From assembly GCA_965227515.1 (NCBI GenBank), contig CBDDFZ010000001.1, forward strand, positions 1,952,001-2,016,000: DNA of 64,000 nt, read 5' to 3'. Below, piece by piece: positions 30,153 through 42,720 of the stretch (within the stretch, counting starts at the first letter, position 1; each line of letters begins with the position of its first letter). Position numbers and translations under genes: made by a program. The DNA comes from Alphaproteobacteria bacterium (GTDB lineage Bacteria > Pseudomonadota > Alphaproteobacteria > CALKHQ01). The notes under the pieces were generated by a model, which saw only the letters and a program-made list of their open reading frames with translations, was not told the DNA's origin and searched no databases.

Positions 30153-30217
30153 ACCCGCCGACGGTTGCCGATGCGCGCCGTAGTTGATACCTCCGGGCAT
30201 CATTGCGATGGTGTGAC

Positions 30218-30925
30218 ATGGCCGAGTCGCCGTCACCGAACCTGCGTATCGCCCCGTCCATCCTGTCCGCCGATTTCGCGCGGCTGGGCGAGGACGTGCG
30301 CGCGGTCGAGGAGGCCGGCGCCGACTGGATCCACGTCGACGTGATGGACGGGCATTTCGTGCCCAATCTCACCATCGGCCCGGCTGTCCTGCGGGCCCTG
30401 AAGCCGCACACCACCAAGCCGATGGACGTCCACCTGATGATCAGCCCGGCCGACCCGTACTTGGAGGCGTTCGCCGATGCCGGTGCCGACGGGCTGACCG
30501 TGCATCCCGAGGCGGGTCCCCATGTCCACCGCTCGGTACAGGCGATCCGCCGGCTCGGCAAGCGGGCGGGCATCGCGCTCAACCCGGCGACGCCGGTGTC
30601 GGCGCTCGACCACCTGCTCGACGACATCGACCTCGTGCTGGTGATGACGGTCAATCCGGGCTTCGGCGGCCAGCGTTTCATCTCCGGCATGCTGGCCAAG
30701 ATCGCCGCCGTGCGCGAGCGGATCGACGCCACCGGGCGGGCCATCGACTTGCAGGTCGATGGCGGCATCAATGCCGAGACCGCGCCGCTGGTGATCGCCG
30801 CCGGGGCCGACGTGCTGGTCGCCGGCTCGGCGATCTTCAGCGCCGGCGAGGACCAGTACCGGGCCAAGATCGAGGCGCTGCGCGCGGGCGTGCGCGCGAC
30901 CGGCCAGATCGCGGCGGCGGTCTAG
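30218..30925 (+). CDS. rpe: Ribulose-phosphate 3-epimerase
   Basis: [30 protein letters not shown] and VDGGI. Confidence 0.96.
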   Translation: MAESPSPNLRIAPSILSADFARLGEDVRAVEEAGADWIHVDVMDGHFVPNLTIGPAVLRALKPHTTKPMDVHLMISPADPYLEAFADAGADGLTVHPEAGPHVHRSVQAIRRLGKRAGIALNPATPVSALDHLLDDIDLVLVMTVNPGFGGQRFISGMLAKIAAVRERIDATGRAIDLQVDGGINAETAPLVIAAGADVLVAGSAIFSAGEDQYRAKIEALRAGVRATGQIAAAV

Positions 30926-30938
30926 GCGGCCGGCTGAC

Positions 30939-32639
30939 ATGAGCCAGATCGACATCTTCGCCGGCGATTTCGGCTGGCCGCGCCTGCGCCGCGAGCGGTC
31001 CGGCGCCGCCGTGCTGCGGCCCGCCGGCATGCGCCTGTTGGGCGCGCGGCTGATGCTGCTGCCGCCCTTACAGGCGATCCGGCCTGGCGCCGAACTGCAC
31101 AATCCCTGGGTCGGCGGTGCCGATCTGTGGCCGGGCGATGCCGCCAAGGGCGCCGGCTGGCTGGCCGCGTTCTCCAGCCAGGGCACGCCCGGTGCCGAGC
31201 TGATCACACAATTGGTCGCCGATCCAGCGCCGCAGGTGCACGAGTTCGGCTGGGTGCGCGACGTGCGCGCGCTCGGCGGCCCGGCTGCCCAGGCGCTGGC
31301 GCAAGCAATCCTGAGCGCTTGGCTGCCGCGCCACCGCCGCTGGTCGTCGGCGGTCTGGCGCAGCGACGTGATGGCGCGCCGGCTGGCGGCATGGTTCGCG
31401 CACTGGCGCTTCCTGGTCGACGGCCCGGCGGAGTCTTCCAGCGGCGGGCTGCAAGATGCGCTGGCCGCCGCCGCGCGCACCCAACTGGCATTTCTGCACC
31501 GGGTGCGCGGCGATGACGTGACCGGGGCACCGCGGCTGGCCGCGCTTGCCAGTACGGCTGTTGCGACACTGGCCGCGGCGGCGCCGAAGCCGGCCGATGC
31601 CGCCGGCACGCCGGCGCTGCGCCGCACGCTCCAGCATCTGGAGCGCGAGGTGGAGCGGCAGGTGAACGCAGACGGCGGCCACATTGCCCGTGCGCCGGAT
31701 GCGCAGTACACGGTGGTGCGCGCCCTGGTCGACCTGCGTGCGGCCCTGTCGGCTGCCCGCGCGGAGACGCCGCCATGGCTGCAGCACGCCATCGACCGCG
31801 CGACACCGATGCTGCGCTTCTACCGCCATGGCGACGGCGGCTTCGCGCTGTTCAACGGCGTCGCCGCCAAGCCGCCCGCCGGCATCGAGCGCGTTCTGGG
31901 CAAGGCCGGCGCGCGCGGCCGCAGCCCGGTCAGCGCGCCGCACACCGGCTTCCACCGCATCACCGCCGACAAGACGCTCGTCATCGTCGATTGCGGGGCG
32001 CCCGCGCCACGTGGGGCCGGGGCGGCGGTGCATGCCGGGCTGCTGTCGTTCGAGCTGTCGCTGGCCAAGCGCCGGATGATCGTGAACTGCGGCGCGCGCC
32101 CGGCCGGTGTGGATGCCTGGCAGCAGGCGCAACGCTCGACGGCGGCGCACTCCACCCTGGTGCTGGAGGACAGCAACGCCATCCCCGCCGGCGGGCGCCA
32201 TTTCGTGGTGACCAGCGACTTGGTGGAACAGAACGGCGCCTGGCTGCTGGAGGCCGAGCACGCCGGCTATCTCACCCGCTTCGGGCTGGCCCATCGCCGC
32301 CGGCTCTATGTCGCAGAGGATGGCGCGGATATTCGTGGCGAGGACAGCCTGCTGGTCCGCCGCGACACCGCGCCCGTCTCCGGCAAGCGCTTCGCGGTGC
32401 GGTTCCACCTGCACCCGTCGGTCAGCGTCTCGCTGACCGGCGACGGCGCCACCGCCCTGATCCGCTTGCCCGACCGCAGCGGCTGGAAGTTCCAGGCCGC
32501 CGGCTGCCACATGCAGATCGAACCCTCGATCTATCTCGGCGATGGCGACGCGCCGATCCGCTCCGAGCAGATCGTGCTTTCCGGCGTCACCGCCGACAGC
32601 GGCGCCCAGGTCAAATGGGCGCTGCGCAAGGTGGGGTAG
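30939..32639 (+). CDS. Heparinase II/III family protein
   Basis: DGGH..R.P, RHGDGGFALFNG, HAG.LSFE, RSTAAHSTL and RFHLHP. Confidence 0.85.
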   Translation: MSQIDIFAGDFGWPRLRRERSGAAVLRPAGMRLLGARLMLLPPLQAIRPGAELHNPWVGGADLWPGDAAKGAGWLAAFSSQGTPGAELITQLVADPAPQVHEFGWVRDVRALGGPAAQALAQAILSAWLPRHRRWSSAVWRSDVMARRLAAWFAHWRFLVDGPAESSSGGLQDALAAAARTQLAFLHRVRGDDVTGAPRLAALASTAVATLAAAAPKPADAAGTPALRRTLQHLEREVERQVNADGGHIARAPDAQYTVVRALVDLRAALSAARAETPPWLQHAIDRATPMLRFYRHGDGGFALFNGVAAKPPAGIERVLGKAGARGRSPVSAPHTGFHRITADKTLVIVDCGAPAPRGAGAAVHAGLLSFELSLAKRRMIVNCGARPAGVDAWQQAQRSTAAHSTLVLEDSNAIPAGGRHFVVTSDLVEQNGAWLLEAEHAGYLTRFGLAHRRRLYVAEDGADIRGEDSLLVRRDTAPVSGKRFAVRFHLHPSVSVSLTGDGATALIRLPDRSGWKFQAAGCHMQIEPSIYLGDGDAPIRSEQIVLSGVTADSGAQVKWALRKVG

Positions 32640-32742
32640 GGCATTCGGCCTTTTCGTTCGTCGCGAACGTCATCCGCGTCCTGGCGGCTGCTTGTTTCAC
32701 GCATCTTGCGTGCAGTGGTGCGATCTTCGACAAATACATTCC

Positions 32743-32917
32743 GTCGCCCTCGCCCTCTGTGGCGAGGGCCCATTTGCGGGGCGGTCCGAGCTCGTGCCGA
32801 AGGAAGCTGGCAAATCATCCCGTCGCAACCAGCCGACGGCCAACTCAGATGCGACTGCCCCTCAACGTATTGAATTGTTGGACAAAAATGGGTCCTCGCC
32901 ACAAGGGCGAGGACGAC
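32743..32917. repeat. Second 175-bp inverted-repeat element
   Basis: GTCGCCCTCGCCCTCTGTGGCGAGGGCCCAT...ATGGGTCCTCGCCACAAGGGCGAGGACGAC. Confidence 0.82.
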
Positions 32918-32966
32918 ACTGGGAGAATTTGTTGAAGTTCGTCGGCTCTAATGAAACGGCTTGGCG

Positions 32967-33980
32967 ATGACACCCTGGTGGCCATACGTGCTGGTGCCGC
33001 TGGTCGGGTTCGCGACGTGGTTTGCGACCGGGCGGCTGGTCGACGTGCTGGTCCGGCGGCAGATCCTCGACCGGCCCAACGAACGCTCGTCCCACGAGCA
33101 GCCGACCCCGCGCGGCGGCGGTCTGGCGGTGGTCGCGGTTCTGCTGCCCGCGCTGACCCTGGTGTGGATCGCCCGCGCCCCCGATGCGCTGGTCAGCTAC
33201 GCGGTGCCTTTGGCGATGCTGGCGCTGGCGGCGGTCTCCTGGCTCGACGACTTGCGGAGCCTCGGCGCGCCGGTGCGCCTTGCCGTGCACCTGGGCGCGA
33301 GTGCGGCGGCCTGTTTCGCGCTCCCCACCGAGCTGGCGCTGTTCGACGGCCTGCTGCCGCTGTGGCTGGACCGTGTGGTGTGCGCGTTCGCGCTGACGTA
33401 TTTCATCAACATTTTCAACTTCATGGACGGCATCGACGGTATCAGCGGCGTCGAGACGATGGCGATCGGTGTCGGCGTGTTCGCGGTGACCTCGGTCCTG
33501 ATCTGGCCGGGCGCGCCGGAGGGGCTGCTCGTGGCCGCAGCCGCGCTCGGCTTCCTGGGCTGGAACTGGCACCCGGCGAAGGTCTTCCTGGGCGATGTCG
33601 GCAGTGTGCCGCTGGGCTTCGTCACCGGCTGGATGTTGCTGCAACTGGCGCTGGCCGGGTTGTGGCTGCCGGCGCTGCTGCTGCCCGGCTACTACCTGGT
33701 CGACGCCACCTCGACGCTGATCCGCCGGCTGTTGCGCGGCGAGCGCATCTGGCAGGCGCACCGCGAGCACACCTACCAGCACGCCGTGCGCCACGGCATG
33801 AGCCACGCGGCGGTCAGCATCTGGGTCGGGCTGACCGGCATCGACCTCGTGATCTGCGCGGTGCTGGCGGTGGCGTGGCACTGGGCCGCCGGCCTGTTCC
33901 CCGCGCTGGTCGTGCTGGCGCTTTCCATCGCGCGGTTAAGGCTGGCGGGTAGGTCCAACGGCAAGACCGATATCAGCTAA
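32967..33980 (+). CDS. MraY/WecA-like glycosyltransferase family 4 (WbpL-like)
   Basis: DRPNERSSH..PTPRGGG, NFMDGIDG, FLGDVGS and AHREH.YQ. Confidence 0.9.
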   Translation: MTPWWPYVLVPLVGFATWFATGRLVDVLVRRQILDRPNERSSHEQPTPRGGGLAVVAVLLPALTLVWIARAPDALVSYAVPLAMLALAAVSWLDDLRSLGAPVRLAVHLGASAAACFALPTELALFDGLLPLWLDRVVCAFALTYFINIFNFMDGIDGISGVETMAIGVGVFAVTSVLIWPGAPEGLLVAAAALGFLGWNWHPAKVFLGDVGSVPLGFVTGWMLLQLALAGLWLPALLLPGYYLVDATSTLIRRLLRGERIWQAHREHTYQHAVRHGMSHAAVSIWVGLTGIDLVICAVLAVAWHWAAGLFPALVVLALSIARLRLAGRSNGKTDIS

Positions 33981-33990
33981 ATACCAAACG

Positions 33991-34082
33991 CGTCATGCTC
34001 GGGCTTGACCCGAGCATCCACGAAAATGGCCGCACAAGCGGCCAACAAGACGTGGATGCCCGCAACAAGTGCGGGCATGACG
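33991..34082. repeat. CGTCATG-type REP doublet
   Basis: CGTCATGCTCGGGCTTGACCCGAGCATCCACG...CGTGGATGCCCGCAACAAGTGCGGGCATGACG. Confidence 0.82.
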
Positions 34083-34988
34083 TCACAAAATCTGGGAAAA
34101 CGCCGCCTCGCGGTAGCCCTGCAGGTACAACAGCGCGGTCAGGTCGCCGTGGTTGATGCGGGTCGAGGCGGCGGCGGCGACCACTGGCTTGGCGTGCCAG
34201 GCCACCCCACGGCCGACCGCCATCAGCATCGCGAGGTCGTTGGCGCCGTCGCCGACCGCCAGCGTGTCGCCGAGGCCGACACCGTACTCGCCGGCGAAGC
34301 GGAGGGCGGCGGAGACCTTGCCATCACGGTTGAGCACCGGTTCGATCACCCGGCCGGTCAGCCTGCCGTCGGCCGTTTCGAACCGGTTGGCCTCGAACCC
34401 ATCGAAGCCGGTGCGGTCCGCCACCAACTCCGCGAAGTCGACGAACCCGCCGGAGACAAGCGCGGTGCGCGCGCCATGCGCCTTCATGGTCGCGACAAGG
34501 GTCGCGGCGCCGGGGTTCAGCGTCACGGTGGCCAGGGTCTCGGCAATGGCCGTCACCGGCAGGCCTTCCAGCAGGCGCACCCGTGCCCGCAGCGCCTGCT
34601 TGAAGTCGAGCTCGCCGGCCATCGCCCGCGCGGTGATCTTCGACACCGCGTCCTTCACGCCGGCATGGGCGGCCAGCTCGTCCAGCGTCTCGTGCGGGAT
34701 GATGGTGGAGTCCATGTCGGCGATCAGCAGGCGCTTGGCGCGGCCCAGCGTGCCGACGATGTTGACGTCGACGGGCCGGCCGGCCAGCGCGGTCGCGATC
34801 CTGTCGGCCAGGCCGGGGGCGGGGGCGTGCACCGGAATGTCGCAGGCGAGGCCCTCGGCCAGCCAGACTGGCGTTCTGGCCGCCGCGCCGCACAGGCGCG
34901 CCACCTCCGCCACGGCGCTCTCATCGAGCACCGGGCGCTCTGCGGGGTTGCCGATCAGCGAGACGGTGTGGGAGCGTGTGTCCGTCAT
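34083..34988 (-). CDS. serB: Phosphoserine phosphatase
   Basis: LLIADMDST, ETLDELA, LVSGGF and AVGDGANDL. Confidence 0.94.
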   Translation of the reverse strand: MTDTRSHTVSLIGNPAERPVLDESAVAEVARLCGAAARTPVWLAEGLACDIPVHAPAPGLADRIATALAGRPVDVNIVGTLGRAKRLLIADMDSTIIPHETLDELAAHAGVKDAVSKITARAMAGELDFKQALRARVRLLEGLPVTAIAETLATVTLNPGAATLVATMKAHGARTALVSGGFVDFAELVADRTGFDGFEANRFETADGRLTGRVIEPVLNRDGKVSAALRFAGEYGVGLGDTLAVGDGANDLAMLMAVGRGVAWHAKPVVAAAASTRINHGDLTALLYLQGYREAAFSQIL

Positions 34989-36063
34989 GGAAGGCGATCT
35001 GTCCACCGATGAAGGGAGCACTGACCCGGATACAGCTCCGGGTGCGGGCCATCGCGCGGTGGTTATCGCCGGCCCGACCGCCAGCGGCAAGTCCGCTCTG
35101 GCCCTGGCGGTGGCCGAGGCCTTCGACGGTATCGTCGTCAATGCCGACAGCATGCAGGTCTATCGCGACCTGAAGGTGCTGACCGCCCGTCCGGGCAAGG
35201 ATGAGACCGGGCGCGTGCCGCACTGCCTGTATGGCGTCATCGACGGTGCCCAGCGCTGCTCGGTCGCCCGCTGGCTGCGGTTGGCGGTGCGCGAGGTGGA
35301 GAAGATCACCGACGATGGCAGGCTGCCGGTGTTCGCCGGCGGCACCGGGCTCTACATCGACGCGCTGATCAACGGCCTGAGCGCGATTCCCGACATCGAC
35401 CCCGAGATCCTCGACGCCGCCACCCGGTCCTACGACGCCCAGGGCGGGCCGGCATTCCATGCCGCCCTGATGGCGGACGACCCGGAAACGGCGGCGCGGC
35501 TGGAGCCGGGCGACCGGCAGCGCCTGCTCCGCGCGCGCAGCGTGCTCGACGGGACCGGGCGCGGGCTGTCCGACTGGCATGCCGAAGGACGGACGCCGCC
35601 GACCGGGCTCGATTTCCACGTCGTCCAACTGTCGCCGCCGCGCGACCAGCTCTATCGGCGCTGCGATGCGCGGGTCGAGGCCATGATCGACGCGGGCGCC
35701 CTGGACGAGGTCGCCAAGCTGTGTGCCCGCGGGCTCGATCCGGACCTGCCGGTGATGAAGGCGATCGGCGTGCCGGAGTTCGCCGCGTACCTGGCCGGCG
35801 CCACACCTTTGGAGGACGCGATTGCCGCAGTGCAGCAGGCCACACGGCGCTATGCCAAGCGTCAGATGACGTGGCTTCGCAATCAGATAATTTCAAACCA
35901 GGTCGTTGAAGTGTTATTTTCTGAAAGCCTGATCGATGAAATCTTTATAAAAATTCGCGCTTGGGGGTTGACGCCACGCGGCGATGGCGATATCGATCCG
36001 CTCGACGCACACTCCGGCTCTTCGCAATTGCACAATTCAACGCACAATTCGGGCCAGGATTAG
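34987..36063 (+). CDS. miaA: tRNA dimethylallyltransferase
   Basis: IAGPTASGKS, NADSMQVY, GGTGLY and TRRYAKRQMTW; start uncertain. Confidence 0.93.
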   Translation: MEGDLSTDEGSTDPDTAPGAGHRAVVIAGPTASGKSALALAVAEAFDGIVVNADSMQVYRDLKVLTARPGKDETGRVPHCLYGVIDGAQRCSVARWLRLAVREVEKITDDGRLPVFAGGTGLYIDALINGLSAIPDIDPEILDAATRSYDAQGGPAFHAALMADDPETAARLEPGDRQRLLRARSVLDGTGRGLSDWHAEGRTPPTGLDFHVVQLSPPRDQLYRRCDARVEAMIDAGALDEVAKLCARGLDPDLPVMKAIGVPEFAAYLAGATPLEDAIAAVQQATRRYAKRQMTWLRNQIISNQVVEVLFSESLIDEIFIKIRAWGLTPRGDGDIDPLDAHSGSSQLHNSTHNSGQD

Positions 36064-36131
36064 GGGGCACATCCTCGTGGCCTCGCGCGGCCTGAGCTGC
36101 AAGAACAGAACACCTGACGGGACGACCTGAG

Positions 36132-36578
36132 ATGAACATGACCTCGATTGGATTGGCCGCGGCCCTGGCCTGCGCCACCGCGCTCGCCGGCTGCCAGTCC
36201 ACCGACAGCACGACCACCGAGACTGCAGAGACCCAGGACGTCTCGCACAATGTCGGCGGCGTGGTCACGGCGACCGGCATGTTCTCGGGCCTGAGCGACC
36301 ATGTGGTCACCGGCACCGCCTCGGTATTCTGGGTGGACGAGCGCTGGGTGGTGAGCCTCGGCTCCGACTTCGAGCTCGACGGCGCGCCGGATCCGATCGT
36401 CGGCCTCGGCAACAACGGCTACATCCCGGAAGCCAAGCTCGGCCCGCTGACGGCGGAGAGCGGCGCGCAGACCTACACCCTGCCAGCCGAACTGGATATC
36501 GGCGACTACCTGCAGGTCTACATCTGGTGCGAGGAGTTCAACGTGCCGTTGGGTGTAGCCGAGCTGACCCTACTGTAG
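36132..36578 (+). CDS. DM13 domain lipoprotein
   Basis: LAGC lipobox; HVVTG, GAPD and Y..V.IWCEEFNV..G.A motifs. Confidence 0.8.
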   Translation: MNMTSIGLAAALACATALAGCQSTDSTTTETAETQDVSHNVGGVVTATGMFSGLSDHVVTGTASVFWVDERWVVSLGSDFELDGAPDPIVGLGNNGYIPEAKLGPLTAESGAQTYTLPAELDIGDYLQVYIWCEEFNVPLGVAELTLL

Positions 36579-36640
36579 GGGTCGGCGCACCGGTGAGTTA
36601 GACGCCTGCCGCCGGCGCGGCAGTTTTCAACACGTTTTTC

Positions 36641-38476
36641 ATGAGCGGACCAATGACGACATCCACCGCGCAATCGGATGCGCAAACCGATACGAATGCC
36701 CCGAACGACGGTCAGGGCGACAACCGCATGACCGGTGCCGAGATGGTGCTGCGCGCGCTGGTGGACCAGGGCGTGGACACGGTATTCGGCTATCCGGGCG
36801 GCGCGGTGCTGCCGATCTATGACGCGCTGTTCAAGCAAAACTCGGTGCGCCACATCCTGGTCCGTCACGAACAGGCTGCCGTGCACGCGGCCGAGGGCTA
36901 TGCGCGCTCCACCGGCAAGGTCGGCGTCGTGCTGGTCACCTCCGGCCCCGGCGCCACCAACGCAGTCACCGGGCTGACCGACGCGCTGATGGACAGCGTG
37001 CCGATCGTCTGCCTGACCGGGCAGGTGCCGACCCACCTGATCGGCAACGACGCGTTCCAGGAGTGCGACACCACCGGCATCACCCGGCCGTGCACCAAGC
37101 ACAACTACCTGGTGAAGGACGTCGACCGGCTGTCGCATACCATCCACGAGGCGTTCTATGTCGCCTCCCACGGCCGGCCCGGCCCGGTGGTGGTCGACCT
37201 GCCGAAGGACGTGCAGTTCGCGTCGGGCACCTACAAGGGCCCGGAAGATGCCGCCCACCGCAGCTATCGCCCGCAGGTCGAGGGCGATGCCAGCGCGCTG
37301 GATGCCGCGTTCGAGCTGATCGCCAATGCCAAGCGGCCGATCTTCTACATCGGCGGCGGCACCGTGAACGCCGGCCTGGAAGCCTGCGCGACGGTGACCG
37401 AGCTGGTCCGCGCCACCGGCTATCCGGCGACGATGACGCTGATGGGGTTGGGCGCGTTCCCGGCCTCCGACAAGCTGTCGCTCGGCATGCTGGGCATGCA
37501 CGGCACCTACGAGGCCAATCTGGCCATGCACCATTGCGACGTGATGGTGGCGGTCGGCTCGCGCTTCGACGACCGGGTGACCGGCCGGCTGGACGCGTTC
37601 GCGCCGGGCTCGAAGAAGATCCACATCGACATCGACCCCTCGTCGATCAACAAGAACGTTGCCGTCGACGTGCCGGTGATCGGCGACGTCGGGGCGGTCG
37701 CCAAGGCGCTGCTGCAGCGCTGGAAGAAGCGCAAGCCGAAGGTCGACAAGGCGGCGCTGGCCGATTGGTGGGGCCGCATCGACCAGTGGCGCGCGGTGGA
37801 CTGCCTGCGCTTCGACCAGTCGGGCGACGTGATCAAGCCGCAATACGCCATCCAGCGCCTGTACGAGCTGACCAAGGACCGCGAGACCTTCATCACCACC
37901 GAGGTCGGCCAGCACCAGATGTGGGCGGCCCAGTTCTTCAAGTTCGAAAGCCCCTGCCACTGGATGACCTCGGGCGGACTCGGCACCATGGGTTATGGCC
38001 TGCCGGCGGCGATGGGCGTGCAATTGGCCCATCCGGACGCCTTGGTGGTCGATATCGCCGGCGAGGCGTCGATCCTGATGAATATCCAGGAGATGTCGAC
38101 GCTGGGCCAGTACAAGCTGCCGGTGAAGGTGTTCATCCTGAACAACGAGTACATGGGCATGGTGCGCCAGTGGCAGGAACTGCTGCACGGCGGCCGCTAC
38201 TCGGAAAGCTATTCGTCGTCGCTGCCGGACTTCGTGAAGCTGGCGGATGCGTTCGGCGGGGTCGGGCTGCGCGCGACCAAGGCCGACGAGGTCGACAGCG
38301 TGATCAAGGAGATGCTGGCCATCGACCGGCCGGTCATTGTCGACATGGTGGTCGACAAGGCGGAGAACTGCTTCCCGATGATCCCGTCCGGCGCGGCCCA
38401 CAACGAGATGCTGCTGGGCCCGAACGGCGATAAGGACGAGCAGACGGTATCCGAGGACGGCATGGTGCTCGTATAG
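36641..38476 (+). CDS. ilvI: Acetolactate synthase large subunit
   Basis: FGYPGGAVLP, RHEQ, TSGPGATN, EVGQHQMW and SGGLGTMG. Confidence 0.96.
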   Translation: MSGPMTTSTAQSDAQTDTNAPNDGQGDNRMTGAEMVLRALVDQGVDTVFGYPGGAVLPIYDALFKQNSVRHILVRHEQAAVHAAEGYARSTGKVGVVLVTSGPGATNAVTGLTDALMDSVPIVCLTGQVPTHLIGNDAFQECDTTGITRPCTKHNYLVKDVDRLSHTIHEAFYVASHGRPGPVVVDLPKDVQFASGTYKGPEDAAHRSYRPQVEGDASALDAAFELIANAKRPIFYIGGGTVNAGLEACATVTELVRATGYPATMTLMGLGAFPASDKLSLGMLGMHGTYEANLAMHHCDVMVAVGSRFDDRVTGRLDAFAPGSKKIHIDIDPSSINKNVAVDVPVIGDVGAVAKALLQRWKKRKPKVDKAALADWWGRIDQWRAVDCLRFDQSGDVIKPQYAIQRLYELTKDRETFITTEVGQHQMWAAQFFKFESPCHWMTSGGLGTMGYGLPAAMGVQLAHPDALVVDIAGEASILMNIQEMSTLGQYKLPVKVFILNNEYMGMVRQWQELLHGGRYSESYSSSLPDFVKLADAFGGVGLRATKADEVDSVIKEMLAIDRPVIVDMVVDKAENCFPMIPSGAAHNEMLLGPNGDKDEQTVSEDGMVLV

Positions 38477-38554
38477 GCCCCGACCACGGGCCCCGAACCT
38501 TCTCGGGGCCCGCTCTGACCGTTCCTTGTCCCATCAGATCGAAGTGCGAATACC

Positions 38555-39079
38555 GTGACCGACGCAACCGACCCATCCATTGAAAGCCATACGTTCGCCG
38601 TCATCGTCGACAACGAGCCGGGCGTGCTCGCCCGTGTGATCGGCCTGTTCTCCGGCCGCGGCTACAACATCGACAGCCTGACCGTCGCCGCGGTGCAGGA
38701 GGACGACGCCGTATCGCGGATCACGCTGGTGACGTCGGGCACGCCGATGATCATCGAGCAGATCAAGGCCCAGCTCGCGCGCCTGGTGCCGGTCCGCGAG
38801 GTGCGCGACCTGACCGAGGAGGGGGAGTTCGTCGCCCACGAAGTGGCGCTGATCAAGGTGCGGGCGACGGGCGCGGAACGCCGCGAGAGCCTGCGCATCG
38901 CCGACATCTTCAAGGCAACCGTCTCCGACACCACGCTGGACTCGTTCGTGTTCTGCCTGACCGGCAATGCGGAGACCGTGGACAGCTTCATCGCGCTGAT
39001 GGACGCGCTGGGCGACATCGAGGTCGCGCGCTCCGGCGTGGTCGCCATCAGCCGCGGCAACGTCGTGGCCAAGCTCTAG
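38555..39079 (+). CDS. ilvH: Acetolactate synthase small subunit
   Basis: VDNEPGVLARVIGLFSGRGYNIDSL ACT domain. Confidence 0.95.
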   Translation: MTDATDPSIESHTFAVIVDNEPGVLARVIGLFSGRGYNIDSLTVAAVQEDDAVSRITLVTSGTPMIIEQIKAQLARLVPVREVRDLTEEGEFVAHEVALIKVRATGAERRESLRIADIFKATVSDTTLDSFVFCLTGNAETVDSFIALMDALGDIEVARSGVVAISRGNVVAKL

Positions 39080-39141
39080 GCCACAGCCTGCCCATTCTCT
39101 GTCATTTCACGGAAACACTCGCCTCGCCGGCAACGAAATGA

Positions 39142-40254
<1,113 letters not shown>

Positions 40255-40353
40255 GCTTATTCGTTGCCGGCCGGTCGCCGTAGGCGCCGGCCGCACGTCC
40301 GGCGGGTGCAACGGGTTCGCGCTGTTGCGTTAGCCTGCGCCCGGTCCGGATGA

Positions 40354-41427
<1,074 letters not shown>

Positions 41428-41682
41428 GATGTGTTCGACTCAGTCGGCCGGCGCCGCGCTCAGCGTAAGCTGAGCCAGACCACGCCCACATTTCGGTCGC
41501 AAAAAACGGCCAAGTCGTTATTCTGTCGCCCAATTCAGGCGGCGTTTGGGGTGATGGGCCGGCACGGCGGGCATGCGGATATGCCTGCTGCCGGACAACG
41601 GCGCAGTGGCCTCATGTCCGTTGGCAAGACGTCCACGGATGCGATGACCACCTGCGCGTGACCGTCGGAGCAATCGAGCACG

Positions 41683-42690
41683 ATGGCAAAACTGCAGCGC
41701 ACGCTGACACTCGCCAAGGTCGCCTTGCCGGTCAAGGTCTGGCTGCAGCGCTTTGCCGTGGTCAGCTTCGTCACCCTGGCGCTGGGCGTGATGCTGCTGG
41801 GCAAGGTCAACACCTCCCTGGTTGAAAGCGCGCGGGTATCGGTGACCGATGCGTTCGCGCCGATCCTGGACGTGGCGGCGGAACCGGCCCAGGGCGTTGC
41901 CGACTTCATGGAGGGGCTGACCGAACTCGCGGTGCTGCGCGAGGAAAACCAGCGCCTGCGCGAGGAGAATCAGCGGCTGCTGGAGTGGGAGCGCACCGCC
42001 CGCGCGCTGGAGGCGCAGAACCAGGCGCTGCGGGAACTGACGAGCTTCCTGGATGTGCCCGCCGCGTCCCAGATCGCGGCGCGGATCATCACCGACGGCG
42101 GCGGGGTCTATGTCCGCAGCCTGCTGATCGCTGCCGGCACCGCGCAAGGCGTTGCCAAGGGCCAGGCGGTGGTGACCGGCGCGGGCCTGGTGGGGCGTAT
42201 CTCGGAGGTGGGCCAGCGCGCCGCCCGCGTTCTGCTGGTCACCGACCTGAACTCCCGCATCCCGGTGCGAATCGAGCGCACCCGCGACCGGGCCATCCTG
42301 GTCGGCGACAATACCGACCGGCCGCTGCTGCAGTACCTGCGCACCTCCGAGGAGGTGGCGCCGGGCGACCGCATCGTCACGTCGGGCGATGCCGGCGTGT
42401 TCCCGTCGGGCATCGCGGTCGGCGAAGTGGTGGCGGTGACCGACGGCATCATCCGGGTGCAGCCGTTCATCGACTGGGACCGGTTGGAGTACGTCCGCGT
42501 GCTCGACTACGCGCTGCCGGAAGTGCTGGAGCAGTTCCTCGCCGAGTCCGAGGCGCGGGAGGGTGGGGCGGCGGCGCCGCTCGGCCTGCCGATGCCGGAT
42601 GTGGAGGCCGAGGGACCGCCGAACGTGGCGCCGGACCCGCCCGCCGATGCGGGCGCGGACCCGGATGCCGAGGTGGAGAACGCGCAATGA
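41683..42690 (+). CDS. mreC: Rod shape-determining protein MreC
   Basis: TM, coiled coil (LREENQRL), GLVGRI and VTSG..G.FP.GI.VG; operon position. Confidence 0.93.
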   Translation: MAKLQRTLTLAKVALPVKVWLQRFAVVSFVTLALGVMLLGKVNTSLVESARVSVTDAFAPILDVAAEPAQGVADFMEGLTELAVLREENQRLREENQRLLEWERTARALEAQNQALRELTSFLDVPAASQIAARIITDGGGVYVRSLLIAAGTAQGVAKGQAVVTGAGLVGRISEVGQRAARVLLVTDLNSRIPVRIERTRDRAILVGDNTDRPLLQYLRTSEEVAPGDRIVTSGDAGVFPSGIAVGEVVAVTDGIIRVQPFIDWDRLEYVRVLDYALPEVLEQFLAESEAREGGAAAPLGLPMPDVEAEGPPNVAPDPPADAGADPDAEVENAQ

Positions 42691-42720
42691 GCGCGTGCCG
42701 CTAATGGTCCGGGGGCGATA

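Noticed and set aside
34153-34986. Long N-terminal extension of miaA (636-aa ORF)
   Set aside because: Antisense shadow of serB
36579-36640. ilv leader-peptide attenuator
   Set aside because: No Ile/Leu/Val-rich leader ORF found; only a short hairpin
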